Virus record (IMG/VR): IMGVR_UViG_3300009370_001221
Location: 124,001 to 188,000 of that record
Length of the DNA: 64,000 nucleotides
Reading direction: 5' to 3' (one strand)
Below, piece by piece: positions 30,452 to 39,720 of this stretch. A program made the translations under genes and the position numbers. The stretch's first letter is position 1. Each line of letters starts with the position of its first letter. A model generated the notes under the pieces. That model saw nothing but the letters and a program-made list of their open reading frames with translations, searched no databases and was not told where the DNA came from.

Positions 30452-31366
30452 ATGGCATATACATCAGGTGATACGATTCTAGCAGCTCACTATAACAGTT
30501 TCGTATCTGATTTTAATACTAACTGGGGGACAGGAAGTGGTGATCAAGGCTACGGCCAATCAAATACACTTTCCTCGGTCTCAGCTGGTGATACTGTAAC
30601 TGCCACCCAATGGTCTACACTTTTAGCAAGAGAGACAAGCGCCGCGGCACACCAAGGCACTACTCTAACGTCGATTACCTCACCAAACGCAGGCGATACA
30701 ATTAGTGCATTTACAGCATTAGCTGCAAATACAGCATTGATTAACACAAATAGACACAATATTGACAGTGGAAAATATGCTGATACCACAAGCACAGAGA
30801 GTGGTTCAGGAAGTTGGACAACAAGTACAGTACATACTTTTACATTAACTTTTGCCAGTGCTGATGCGGCAAGATATTATTACAATTGTGGCGGTTCAAC
30901 CCGCTTTAGTTTTAGTAGATCAGGCGGTACTTCACATACAAAGAATACAGAATGGTCGAATTTGGCAACAGCGTGTGGTACAGTTATTTTTGCTGTACAA
31001 GGCACAACCAAGTCAGGTGGTTCTGGATCAACAACAACCTTGGCAACAACTATTGGTTATCAAGATATGACAACATCAAACCAAACATTGTTTAAACAGA
31101 TGGAAGGTGATAACCCTTATACTGCTAACTTTATTCAGATAGAAGCAAAAACTAATGCTGTTGATAGTGGCGGCAATGGTGATAATGGACACATACTAAC
31201 ATTTGTAGTTACATGGTCTGATGCGGCTGGTGATACATTTAATGATACTGTAGATGGTACAGTAACAGATACTATTACACATAGAACACCAAACACAAGT
31301 TCATTAAATAATGCAAGTTGGAGTGCGGCACCTTCATATAGTAATACAAGTTTTAGTCAGTCATAA
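30452..31366 (+). CDS. Virion structural (fibre-associated) protein, Ser/Thr/Gly-rich
   Basis: MAYTSGDTILAAHYN N-terminus, repeated AGDT(V/I)(T/S)A motif, last gene of the tail cluster. Confidence 0.55.
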   Translation: MAYTSGDTILAAHYNSFVSDFNTNWGTGSGDQGYGQSNTLSSVSAGDTVTATQWSTLLARETSAAAHQGTTLTSITSPNAGDTISAFTALAANTALINTNRHNIDSGKYADTTSTESGSGSWTTSTVHTFTLTFASADAARYYYNCGGSTRFSFSRSGGTSHTKNTEWSNLATACGTVIFAVQGTTKSGGSGSTTTLATTIGYQDMTTSNQTLFKQMEGDNPYTANFIQIEAKTNAVDSGGNGDNGHILTFVVTWSDAAGDTFNDTVDGTVTDTITHRTPNTSSLNNASWSAAPSYSNTSFSQS

Positions 31367-31369
31367 TAG

Positions 31370-31398
31370 TTGACAATTTGTTGTATCTAATGTATAAT
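31370..31398 (+). promoter_or_regulatory. Perfect consensus sigma70 promoter heading the modification cluster, probably leaderless
   Basis: TTGACA (31370-75), 17 nt, TATAAT (31393-98). ATG at 31406 after 7 nt, no SD. Confidence 0.88.
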
Positions 31399-31405
31399 AT
31401 TTTAT

Positions 31406-31756
31406 ATGAGTGTGAAAGATACAGTAAAAAAGAAATTTAACCAAAAAGTGGCTCACGCAACAAAGCGTGAGACCACTTTAGGTTTACTATCCCTCCCTTA
31501 TAACAGCGGTTTATTTAAAATAACAAGAGAATTAATTAATTTTGCCGAATTAATGTCGCTACGTTCCGCGATAGCAGAGTCGGCAGACTTAAAAGCAAAT
31601 CCCACAGTAGTATTAGATTCATATGATAATCCTATATTAATAGAAAATCCACGAGACTTTACTGAGAAACTGTGGCAACGATACTATGAAGTCAATAACG
31701 AATATCTCGAAGATATCAAAACTATTAGGGCAACAAGAAAACCCGAACAAATCTAA
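31406..31756 (+). CDS. Hypothetical protein
   Basis: 116-aa ORF directly behind the promoter and coupled to the next gene (TAATG). Confidence 0.7.
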   Translation: MSVKDTVKKKFNQKVAHATKRETTLGLLSLPYNSGLFKITRELINFAELMSLRSAIAESADLKANPTVVLDSYDNPILIENPRDFTEKLWQRYYEVNNEYLEDIKTIRATRKPEQI

Positions 31757-32595
31757 TGCCTACCGAAAATGGCGTACTATTATTTGCATACGATAACGAA
31801 TCTATAAAATATACAGAACTTGCCAAACTCTGTGCGTTACTTGTACGCAAACACTTACCTAATACAGGAGTTACATTAGTCACTGATAACTCTATCGATG
31901 GTCCTTTTGATGATGTTATATTGGTCGAGACAGGTAACAGTGGACGTAGAACATTTAGAAACCCTAATGGAGAGACAGAAGAAGTCACTTGGCATAATAA
32001 AACTCGCCCACAAGCATACGATTTAACTCCGTATGAAAAAACATTACTGCTAGATGTAGACTATCTAATGTTTAATAACTCATTGCAGTGGCTATTTCAA
32101 TCTGATAAAGAGTTAATATGCCACAATACCGCTTATGATATTACAGGAAAAGAAAGTCTTATAGACGAAAAAATGCTACATTGGAGTAGTATTCCAATGT
32201 TATGGGCAACTGTATTATACTTTACTAAAAATAATACAGCAAAAGAATTTTTTAATCTAGTTAAATTAGTACAAGACAACTATCAATACTATTATAACTT
32301 ATATAATTTCAAGATGGGTCCATACAGGAATGACTATGCTATAAGTATTGCATATAATTTATTAAGTTTGGAACATTATATCTTAGATCCACTCTTTACC
32401 CTCCCCTCACAATTTACACTTGAAAATGTTCGAGAAGATGGAACTCTTGTGTATAACGCTGATGGAGAGATAGCATACATAAAAAATACTAATGTGCATA
32501 TTATGAACAAACATAGTATTATAGAACATGTAGATGAAATATTAAGATACGCAACACAACCAACACTTACACATGAAGCGAATCAAGGAACATGA
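31756..32595 (+). CDS. GT-A fold glycosyltransferase (GT8-like)
   Basis: YDLTPYEKTLLLDVDY (DxD), WATVLYF, RNDYAISIA. Confidence 0.7.
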   Translation: MPTENGVLLFAYDNESIKYTELAKLCALLVRKHLPNTGVTLVTDNSIDGPFDDVILVETGNSGRRTFRNPNGETEEVTWHNKTRPQAYDLTPYEKTLLLDVDYLMFNNSLQWLFQSDKELICHNTAYDITGKESLIDEKMLHWSSIPMLWATVLYFTKNNTAKEFFNLVKLVQDNYQYYYNLYNFKMGPYRNDYAISIAYNLLSLEHYILDPLFTLPSQFTLENVREDGTLVYNADGEIAYIKNTNVHIMNKHSIIEHVDEILRYATQPTLTHEANQGT

Positions 32596-33436
32596 TGAAC
32601 AAATTGGGTATTTTACATTTGTTCAGAATAACGACGATACTGATTATTTAAAACTAGCATACGCCTGTGGATTAAGTTTAAAAGCAACACAAACCATAAA
32701 CAAGTTTGCTATTGCTGTAGACAACAATACTAAACAACAATTAACAGAGAAACATTACAAAGTATTTGACTATGTAATAGACATTCCGTGGGGTGATGAT
32801 AGTGAGGATGACGCATGGAAATTAGGCAATGAATGGAAAGCATGGTCAATAACACCATTTAAAGAGACAGTTAAGTTAGATTGTGATATTGTGTTTACAC
32901 GCAATATAGATCATTGGTGGACATTTATGCGTGAGCAGGAAGTAATGATTGCGACAAATGTTCGCAAACTAGACGGTTCTATATCTAACTCACGCAAGTA
33001 CAGAAAACTCTTTGATATCAATAACTTACCTAACACTTATAGTGGGTTTATGTACTTCAGGTATGGTGAAAATAGTCTAAAACTATTTAAAACATTAAAA
33101 TGGGTTTATAAAAATTGGGATGAAGTATCACAACAATTAAAGAATTGTAGGGATGAAAAGCCTACAACTGATGTTGCGTTGGCAATAGCATTAGTGTTAC
33201 AAGAAGCAGAGTATACACATACAAACAATGTATTAGATTATCCAACATTTGTGCATATGAAAAATAGCATACTAGGTTGGCCAGAATCGCATAAGATAGA
33301 AGATATTATTAATATAGAGTATAGTGATGATGTTGGATTAATATTAGGTGTAGAGCCACAAATATATCCTGTACATGGCGCAGAGTGTAAAGAATACCTA
33401 GCAGATAAAACAATAGAATACTATGAAAGGAATTAA
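32573..33436 (+). CDS. GT-A fold glycosyltransferase (GT8-like), paralogue of previous gene
   Basis: ITPFKETVKLDCDIVF (DxD), YSGFMYF, TTDVALAIA, HMK. Confidence 0.7.
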   Translation: MKRIKEHDEQIGYFTFVQNNDDTDYLKLAYACGLSLKATQTINKFAIAVDNNTKQQLTEKHYKVFDYVIDIPWGDDSEDDAWKLGNEWKAWSITPFKETVKLDCDIVFTRNIDHWWTFMREQEVMIATNVRKLDGSISNSRKYRKLFDINNLPNTYSGFMYFRYGENSLKLFKTLKWVYKNWDEVSQQLKNCRDEKPTTDVALAIALVLQEAEYTHTNNVLDYPTFVHMKNSILGWPESHKIEDIINIEYSDDVGLILGVEPQIYPVHGAECKEYLADKTIEYYERN

Positions 33437-33860
33437 GCCATTAAACAAAAGTTCTGCTATAAAAGGCATTGATGATTTAATTGAAGCAATTGAAACTCAT
33501 GTTGAATTAGAATATGAAAAGCCTGACTATTGTTTATATTATACTGATCAAGGTATAATATATGAAGCATCGCCAGAAGAAGATATAAGAACACATATCA
33601 AGGTTCCTTCTAAATGGTTAGATACTAATCACATTACTGACTGGGTAATAGTTAAAGGCAAGTTAGAACCAGTTAAACATGATGTACATGACCGTTTAAG
33701 AAAATATACTAAAGTAACACACGCAACAGAATTAGATCCTGACTTGCCTGTGTATGTAACAGAAAAAGATCATAGAATTATCAAAAAAGTCATTACTGCT
33801 GATGAAGTAGTATTCAATAGAGATGAAAATTATTATCAATTACAACAGGAGAAAAGATGA
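33423..33860 (+). CDS. Hypothetical protein
   Basis: 145-aa ORF overlapping both neighbours in the operon. Confidence 0.6.
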   Translation: MKGIKPLNKSSAIKGIDDLIEAIETHVELEYEKPDYCLYYTDQGIIYEASPEEDIRTHIKVPSKWLDTNHITDWVIVKGKLEPVKHDVHDRLRKYTKVTHATELDPDLPVYVTEKDHRIIKKVITADEVVFNRDENYYQLQQEKR

Positions 33861-34084
33861 TTGTAAAACATGCTAAATTCCCTTGGGAAGTAAAGAAGGG
33901 GGAAATTATCAAAAATAAAGATTTTAAAAAAGCAATTAAAATTTACAGAAGCGTTAAGTCGTGGTGTGAAGAAAATTGTAAGAATGAATATATATTAGAT
34001 GATACTGTCTACGCCTTAGGTGTAAAAGTGTCATTCGAGAAAAAGGCGGAAGCCAATAAATTTGAAAAGGAATTCAATACATGA
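33857..34084 (+). CDS. Hypothetical small protein
   Basis: ATGA overlap with upstream gene, AGGAG RBS. Confidence 0.55.
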   Translation: MIVKHAKFPWEVKKGEIIKNKDFKKAIKIYRSVKSWCEENCKNEYILDDTVYALGVKVSFEKKAEANKFEKEFNT

Positions 34085-34093
34085 GGAAATACA

Positions 34094-34393
34094 ATGTGGG
34101 AACCATGGTTATTAATGATAATGTTAAGTGTGGGTCCATTTAATGGACAATACAATGGTGAGAATGATATTTGGTATAATATACGAATGCATTCAGAAGG
34201 AGAATGCCGACAAGCGGCAAGAGATATGATGAGAACACATCGTATATTCCAGCACCTCAATCCTACTTTACATATGGATGTTATATGTAGAAAAGAATTA
34301 CTTGCAGGAACATACAATCAAACAAACTCAAATTTTCCAAAATGTATTAATTATCGTCAATGTCTTGACATGTTTAAAAAAGAATATGACTGA
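34094..34393 (+). CDS. Hypothetical protein, hydrophobic N-terminus, 4 Cys
   Basis: GAGG RBS upstream, fills the operon gap. Confidence 0.5.
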   Translation: MWEPWLLMIMLSVGPFNGQYNGENDIWYNIRMHSEGECRQAARDMMRTHRIFQHLNPTLHMDVICRKELLAGTYNQTNSNFPKCINYRQCLDMFKKEYD

Positions 34394-35312
34394 AATAGTT
34401 GACATTGCTGACTTAGATTGCGTATACTTAACATACGACGAGCCACAAAAAGATGAGTTTTGGGCCAAGATACTAAACATGGTACCTTGGGCAATACACA
34501 TTGATGGTGTATATGGTTCGGATGCCGCCCATAAAGCGGCTGCCAATGCTTGTGATACTGAGCGATTTGTTTTAATAGATGGTGATAATTTACCTGATCC
34601 AGAGTTTTTTAACTTACAACTAACACTAGATGATGTTACTAAACATTGTGTGTTTAGATGGAAGGGTCGTAATGTTATTAACGGACTAATGTATGGCAAT
34701 GGTGGTTTAAGTTGCTGGCCTGTAGACTTTGTTTTAAACATGACTACACATGAAAACACTGATGGTTCTGATGAAACATTAGTAGAGTTTTGTTTTGACG
34801 ATAATTACAGACCAATGCATAACTGCTATAGTACAACATACCCAAATGGCTCAGCATTACACGCATGGCGTGCTGGGTTTAGAGAAGGTGTTAAAATGGT
34901 TTTAAACAAAGGAACTAAACCTGATTTAAAAACATTTGAAGAGCAAGTACATGCTCGCAACTTCGATAACTTATGCATATGGCAAACTGTTGGGCGTGAT
35001 GTTGAGCATGGCATATGGAGTATATACGGCGCACGTTTAGGGACATTTTTAACAATGCTTACTGATTGGGAGCATGTTAATGTAAGGGACTTCAAATATT
35101 TAAATGAAATGTTTAATGCAGAATATAAAGATAAGGATCCTGAAATAGAATCACAAGTAATAGGTGAAATATTACAAAACAAACTAAACATGCCTATATG
35201 TGAGATGAGTGCTGAGGCAAGTGTGTTCTTTAAAGCACATTACAGCAAGCATACAAACTACGATATAATGATACAAGAATTAGATGTAATACGCGGCATT
35301 GAAGGTTGGTAA
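34386..35312 (+). CDS. Phage GT-A-like glycosyltransferase/nucleotidyltransferase-fold protein
   Basis: YLTYDEP...HIDGVYGSDAAHKAAA..CDTERFVLIDGDN (DxD)...YGNGGLSCW...AWRAGFREGVKM. ATG 34386 preferred over the track start 34278. Confidence 0.65.
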   Translation: MTEIVDIADLDCVYLTYDEPQKDEFWAKILNMVPWAIHIDGVYGSDAAHKAAANACDTERFVLIDGDNLPDPEFFNLQLTLDDVTKHCVFRWKGRNVINGLMYGNGGLSCWPVDFVLNMTTHENTDGSDETLVEFCFDDNYRPMHNCYSTTYPNGSALHAWRAGFREGVKMVLNKGTKPDLKTFEEQVHARNFDNLCIWQTVGRDVEHGIWSIYGARLGTFLTMLTDWEHVNVRDFKYLNEMFNAEYKDKDPEIESQVIGEILQNKLNMPICEMSAEASVFFKAHYSKHTNYDIMIQELDVIRGIEGW

Positions 35313-36739
35313 TGGAACTTTATAAAGATAATAAGGGCGACAAAATAGAAGTTAAGGATGGAAAGTTTAAGTCAGATTTCTATAGAAGTGCTGAGGATAT
35401 TAAAGTACAGTTAGACTCAGTGTCTCCATCCTTTTGTCTTGCTAAATGGAATCAAGTTAGTTTACATTTACCTACAGGCTTAAACAACAGTTGCTATCAT
35501 CCACCACTGCATAAAATGGAGTTAGACACTCCATCTGCATTACATAATACACAACATAAGAAAGAAATGCGTAAACTTATGCTAGAAGGCGAACGTCCTA
35601 GCGAGTGCCAGTACTGTTGGAACATAGAAGATACTGGGCATATGAGTGATAGACATTACAGAAGTGGTGAGCCGTGGGCACAGATGGACTTTGATAATAT
35701 AGTTAATGCTCCGTGGGATGCAGATAAGAACCCGCGTTATGTAGAAGTAAACTTTAATCATAACTGTAACTTAAAATGTAGTTACTGTAGTCCACAGTTT
35801 AGTACTGCGTGGGAAAAGGAAATGAAACAACACGGTGCATGGCCTACATCTAAACCACATAACGCACCTGAACACTTTGAGATTAATCCTTGCATACCAC
35901 ACAGCAAATATAATCCTTATGTACATGCGTTTTGGGAATGGTGGCCTGACTTATATAAAGACTTAAAGCATTTCCGTATGACTGGTGGTGAACCTATGAT
36001 GGATAAAAATACGCATAAAGTATTTGATTACATTATAGACAACCCCAAAAGCGACTTACATTTAAACGTTACAAGTAACTTTAGTCCTGTAGACAACAAA
36101 TTGTTTGACAAGTATTTAGATAAAGTTAAACGTATATGTTTAGATGAGAAGGTAGAACACTTTATGCAATACGTTAGTGTAGATAGTTGGATGGAACAAG
36201 CAGAGTATATACGTAATGGGTTAGATTTTAATAAGATGTGTGATAACATCAACACATACTTAACGGAAGTTCCGTATAGAAACTCTTTAACGTTTATTAT
36301 AACATATAATAATTTAAGTGTTTCAGGAATGGATAAGTTATTAGCCTATATACACGGTTTGCGACAAGCATACAGCGAAACTTATCAACGTGTATGGTTT
36401 GATACGCCGTTATTGCGACAGCCTGCTTGGCAAAGCATACAGTTATTGCCTGAACCATATCAAGATATACACGATGAGAACATATGTTGGATGTTGGATA
36501 ACATGGAAGATGAGAAAACTCGCTTTAAAGGCTTTAAGGATTATGAAGTCCAACGTATGCAACGCGACTTGGCGTGGTGGCAAGAGAGTGATAAGTTAGA
36601 TCCAGAGTATATAGACAACTGTAAAGCAGACTTTTATCGCTTTTTTACTGAGCACGACAAACGTCGTGGCACTAATTTTATAAAAACATTCCCTGAAATG
36701 ATATATTGGTGGGAAGAATGTGAGAGGTTAGCACGTTGA
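35312..36739 (+). CDS. Radical SAM protein with N-terminal twitch/SPASM-like domain (#1)
   Basis: CNLKCSYC, TGGEP, N-terminal FCLAKW...SCYHPP...ECQYCW. ATG 35312 overlaps the upstream TAA. Confidence 0.9.
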   Translation: MELYKDNKGDKIEVKDGKFKSDFYRSAEDIKVQLDSVSPSFCLAKWNQVSLHLPTGLNNSCYHPPLHKMELDTPSALHNTQHKKEMRKLMLEGERPSECQYCWNIEDTGHMSDRHYRSGEPWAQMDFDNIVNAPWDADKNPRYVEVNFNHNCNLKCSYCSPQFSTAWEKEMKQHGAWPTSKPHNAPEHFEINPCIPHSKYNPYVHAFWEWWPDLYKDLKHFRMTGGEPMMDKNTHKVFDYIIDNPKSDLHLNVTSNFSPVDNKLFDKYLDKVKRICLDEKVEHFMQYVSVDSWMEQAEYIRNGLDFNKMCDNINTYLTEVPYRNSLTFIITYNNLSVSGMDKLLAYIHGLRQAYSETYQRVWFDTPLLRQPAWQSIQLLPEPYQDIHDENICWMLDNMEDEKTRFKGFKDYEVQRMQRDLAWWQESDKLDPEYIDNCKADFYRFFTEHDKRRGTNFIKTFPEMIYWWEECERLAR

Positions 36740-37644
36740 CTTTTGTAGCGGATATTAAAAAATTACATGTAGAACCCACTACAGTATGCCAGGCAGAGTG
36801 TCCTATGTGTATTAGAACTCTACAGGGTTATCATAGGACTATGGAAAATAAAGAATTATCATTTAATCAATTTAAAACATTAGTAAAACCATTAATACAC
36901 AACTTAGACCATGTACAATTTTGTGGTTCATTTGGAGATCCTATCGCGTGTAAAGATTTACGCATAATGATGTTATGGATTGGACAAATGAATCAACAAA
37001 CGCATGTTTCAATACACACAAATGGTGGGATAGGAAGCACAAAATTATGGACTCATATTGCTTATCTAACAAGAAGCAACCCTGCTAGTCGTGTTATATT
37101 TGCTATTGATGGATTAGAAGATACTAATCATTTATATAGAAAAAATGTTGTATGGAAAACCTTAATGAAAAATGCTAAAACATTTATCAATGCAGGAGGT
37201 GTAGGGCAAGTGGACATGATTGTATTTAAACACAACGAACACCAGATAGACGAAGCAAAACAATTAGCAAAGGATATGGGATTTAAAGCATTTAAAACTA
37301 AAGCAACTAGCAGATTTGCACATAACCCCAACACTGGATTGGAGCCGCCTACCAATCATTCATTTGAAATGAAAGATAAAGAGTTTGCATGCCACGTGGA
37401 AAAACAGAAAAGTGTTTATTTAAGTGCAGAAGGATTATGGTATCCATGTTGTTGGACACACGTAGCACATGCACAAAAAGATGACCAGTGGGGTGATCCT
37501 ATAGTAAATATCAATGATAGATCAACGAAATGGTATAATTTAGAAAAGAACATACTATCTAAACATTTAGATAAAGTATGCCATAGAGCGTGTGCTACAA
37601 CAGCATTTAGCGGTCAATGGACAACTGAGCAATACTTCTCATGA
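36736..37644 (+). CDS. Radical SAM protein with C-terminal SPASM-like domain (#2)
   Basis: CQAECPMC, GSFGDP, C-terminal C...GLWYPCCW...CHRAC. TTG start. Confidence 0.85.
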   Translation: MTFVADIKKLHVEPTTVCQAECPMCIRTLQGYHRTMENKELSFNQFKTLVKPLIHNLDHVQFCGSFGDPIACKDLRIMMLWIGQMNQQTHVSIHTNGGIGSTKLWTHIAYLTRSNPASRVIFAIDGLEDTNHLYRKNVVWKTLMKNAKTFINAGGVGQVDMIVFKHNEHQIDEAKQLAKDMGFKAFKTKATSRFAHNPNTGLEPPTNHSFEMKDKEFACHVEKQKSVYLSAEGLWYPCCWTHVAHAQKDDQWGDPIVNINDRSTKWYNLEKNILSKHLDKVCHRACATTAFSGQWTTEQYFS

Positions 37645-39005
37645 CATTAAGAACACCAGGTAGAGAATCAGATTTAAAAATTAAACGATGGCTTAACGAG
37701 ACAGTAAGTCCATCATTTTGTATGGCCAAGTGGCGAAACGCTACTATATGGCTTGGAAGTGGTATGACTACTAGTTGTCACCACCCGCCGGCACACAAAA
37801 TAGATATTAAAGAACTACTAAATAATTCATCAGCTATTCATAATACAAAACAAAAAAAGCAAGATAGAGAACAAATGCTTGCAGGCGAAAGGCCACCCGG
37901 TTGTGAATACTGTTGGAAAATAGAAGATATTGGGCCCGATGCTATATCCGATCGTGTCCATAAAAGCGTCATATATGATGAGGAGGACGTACATTATGTT
38001 AGACAAAAAGATGCCGAAGAAAACTTTGCATTACGCACTCTCGAGGCCGCCTTTGATAGGACTTGCAATTTTGCTTGTTCTTATTGCAATCCTGCTTTTA
38101 GTAGTACCTGGGTAAAGGATATAAAGAACAATGGTTCCTACGAGAAATTAAAGTCAGACGGCCGTAACCATTTCACACATCAACACAACGAAGCACAGTT
38201 ATATAAGCACGACGAAACAAATCCATTTACAGAAGCCTTTTGGCAATGGTGGCAAGAAGAACTACACGAAACACTAGATGAGTTTAGGATAACTGGTGGC
38301 GAACCCTTAATGTCGGGCGAAATATGGAAGTTATTTGAATGGTTCAAACTAACAGACAAAAAGTCCGATATGAGGCTCGCTATCAATTCTAACTTAGGTG
38401 CTAAAGACGAACTAATAGATCGCTTTATAGAGAACGCACAACATATTCCACACTTACATCTATATACATCTTGTGAAGCATTCGGCGCACAAGCAGAGTA
38501 TATTAGAGACGGATTAGTATGGGATAAATGGGTAGAAAACTGCCATCGTGTATGTAGGGACGGTAATTTAGAAGGCTTCCATATGATGTGTACTATTAAC
38601 AGTTTGTGCTTGGATTCCTTGCCAAAGTTCTTAGATCACGTAATGAGTTTTAAACAACAGTACGGACGTGACTTTCCTACGTTTACTTTAAACATATTAA
38701 GGTTTCCATCCTTCCAATCTCCACTAGTGCTACCGCAATCAATACGGCAACAATACAGAGACAACTTAGAGCAATGGCTTGTTTTAAACGAAGACAATCT
38801 ACACGAAATGGAAGGCAATCACATACTACGACTGTTAGATTATTTAAGTGTAGTAGATAAACCACACAGCGATACGTTCGAACCAGAAGCACTACAGAAC
38901 GACTTTTATCACTTCTATAAACAATACGACACACGACGAAACAAGAACTTTACAGAGACTTTCCCTAACTTAAAACAATGGTATGAGGAACTACCCCATG
39001 ACTAA
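37641..39005 (+). CDS. Radical SAM protein with N-terminal twitch domain (#3, paralogue of #1)
   Basis: CNFACSYC, TGGEP, FCMAKW...SCHHPP...GCEYCW. Confidence 0.9.
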   Translation: MTLRTPGRESDLKIKRWLNETVSPSFCMAKWRNATIWLGSGMTTSCHHPPAHKIDIKELLNNSSAIHNTKQKKQDREQMLAGERPPGCEYCWKIEDIGPDAISDRVHKSVIYDEEDVHYVRQKDAEENFALRTLEAAFDRTCNFACSYCNPAFSSTWVKDIKNNGSYEKLKSDGRNHFTHQHNEAQLYKHDETNPFTEAFWQWWQEELHETLDEFRITGGEPLMSGEIWKLFEWFKLTDKKSDMRLAINSNLGAKDELIDRFIENAQHIPHLHLYTSCEAFGAQAEYIRDGLVWDKWVENCHRVCRDGNLEGFHMMCTINSLCLDSLPKFLDHVMSFKQQYGRDFPTFTLNILRFPSFQSPLVLPQSIRQQYRDNLEQWLVLNEDNLHEMEGNHILRLLDYLSVVDKPHSDTFEPEALQNDFYHFYKQYDTRRNKNFTETFPNLKQWYEELPHD

Positions 39006-39022
39006 TACGCTAAAGTGGGCGG

Positions 39023-39067
39023 GGCCGAGTCACACCCAGCCGAAACACCTGGTTTGGCGAAATTTTT
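39023..39067 (+). repeat. 45-bp element, copy A (inverted partner at 53287-53331)
   Basis: GGCCGAGTCACACCCA-GCCGAAAC-ACCTGGT-T-TGGCGAAATTTTT, 38/45 identical to the reverse complement of 53287-53331. Confidence 0.9.
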
Positions 39068-39122
39068 TACACAGTAGATACCATATCGGAACATAACAAT
39101 GCAGGGCGGAGGATTTGAATAT

Positions 39123-39296
39123 ATGAATTATTTAAAAAACATACCACGTTGGGGTACTGCACTACTATTAATAGTGTGTGGCATCTGCATAGGAATACTG
39201 TTATCACTAACTTTATTATGTGGTACGGGTGAGCATGAAGTAATCGTAAACAACTTCCTAGGGTATGAGCAACTAATGGTAATTAAACGCTTATGA
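39123..39296 (+). CDS. Small membrane protein
   Basis: GGAGG RBS 10 nt before ATG 39123, one hydrophobic segment. Confidence 0.55.
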   Translation: MNYLKNIPRWGTALLLIVCGICIGILLSLTLLCGTGEHEVIVNNFLGYEQLMVIKRL

Positions 39297-39535
39297 TAAT
39301 AAAACTATTAAAAACAATAAAGAACGTAGTGGATCCTAACTACTGGGCAAGTGAGATAGGCAATAAAACAGGTGCGTACGACAAAGCACATAACAGTAAG
39401 TTGGCTAATTGGTCACGTAGTCTTACAGGATGGAAGTGGTGGGCATGGCAACTAGGCGGAGGTTTGGTGTTTGTTATTGTGATGGAACTGTTATTAAATC
39501 TGCTGGGTATGAGTATGTTACCCTGGAGATGGTAG
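39293..39535 (+). CDS. Small Trp-rich membrane protein
   Basis: ATGA overlap. 80 aa, 8 Trp, C-terminal hydrophobic helix. Confidence 0.6.
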   Translation: MIIKLLKTIKNVVDPNYWASEIGNKTGAYDKAHNSKLANWSRSLTGWKWWAWQLGGGLVFVIVMELLLNLLGMSMLPWRW

Positions 39536-39720
39536 GGTCGGGTTATCTGTCGGGTTGTCGAACGACGGGGAAAATTTTTTCCTATAGGGCAGAATATTTC
39601 GAGCGACAAAAAAAATTAGAAACATACAACATGCCCGATTTGTTTTTTCTACCACATGCATTGTCACTACGCCCCAACTCTTTTTTCTTTTTCAAAAAGT
39701 TTTTTTTATTTTAAAATATT
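39536..39720. other. 185-bp non-coding region with multiple A/T tracts between GC-rich blocks
   Basis: GGGGAAAATTTTTTCC quasi-palindrome, A8 at 39608, T6 at 39643, T-tracts 39681-39707. Longest intergenic gap in the window. Confidence 0.6.

Noticed and set aside
38998-39096. 32-aa ORF MTNTLKWAGPSHTQPKHLVWRNF... and its look-alike in track ORF 53168-53404 (PSHTQINYLVWRNF)
   Set aside because: The similarity is just the translation of the 45-bp DNA repeat. There is no evidence either is a real gene.
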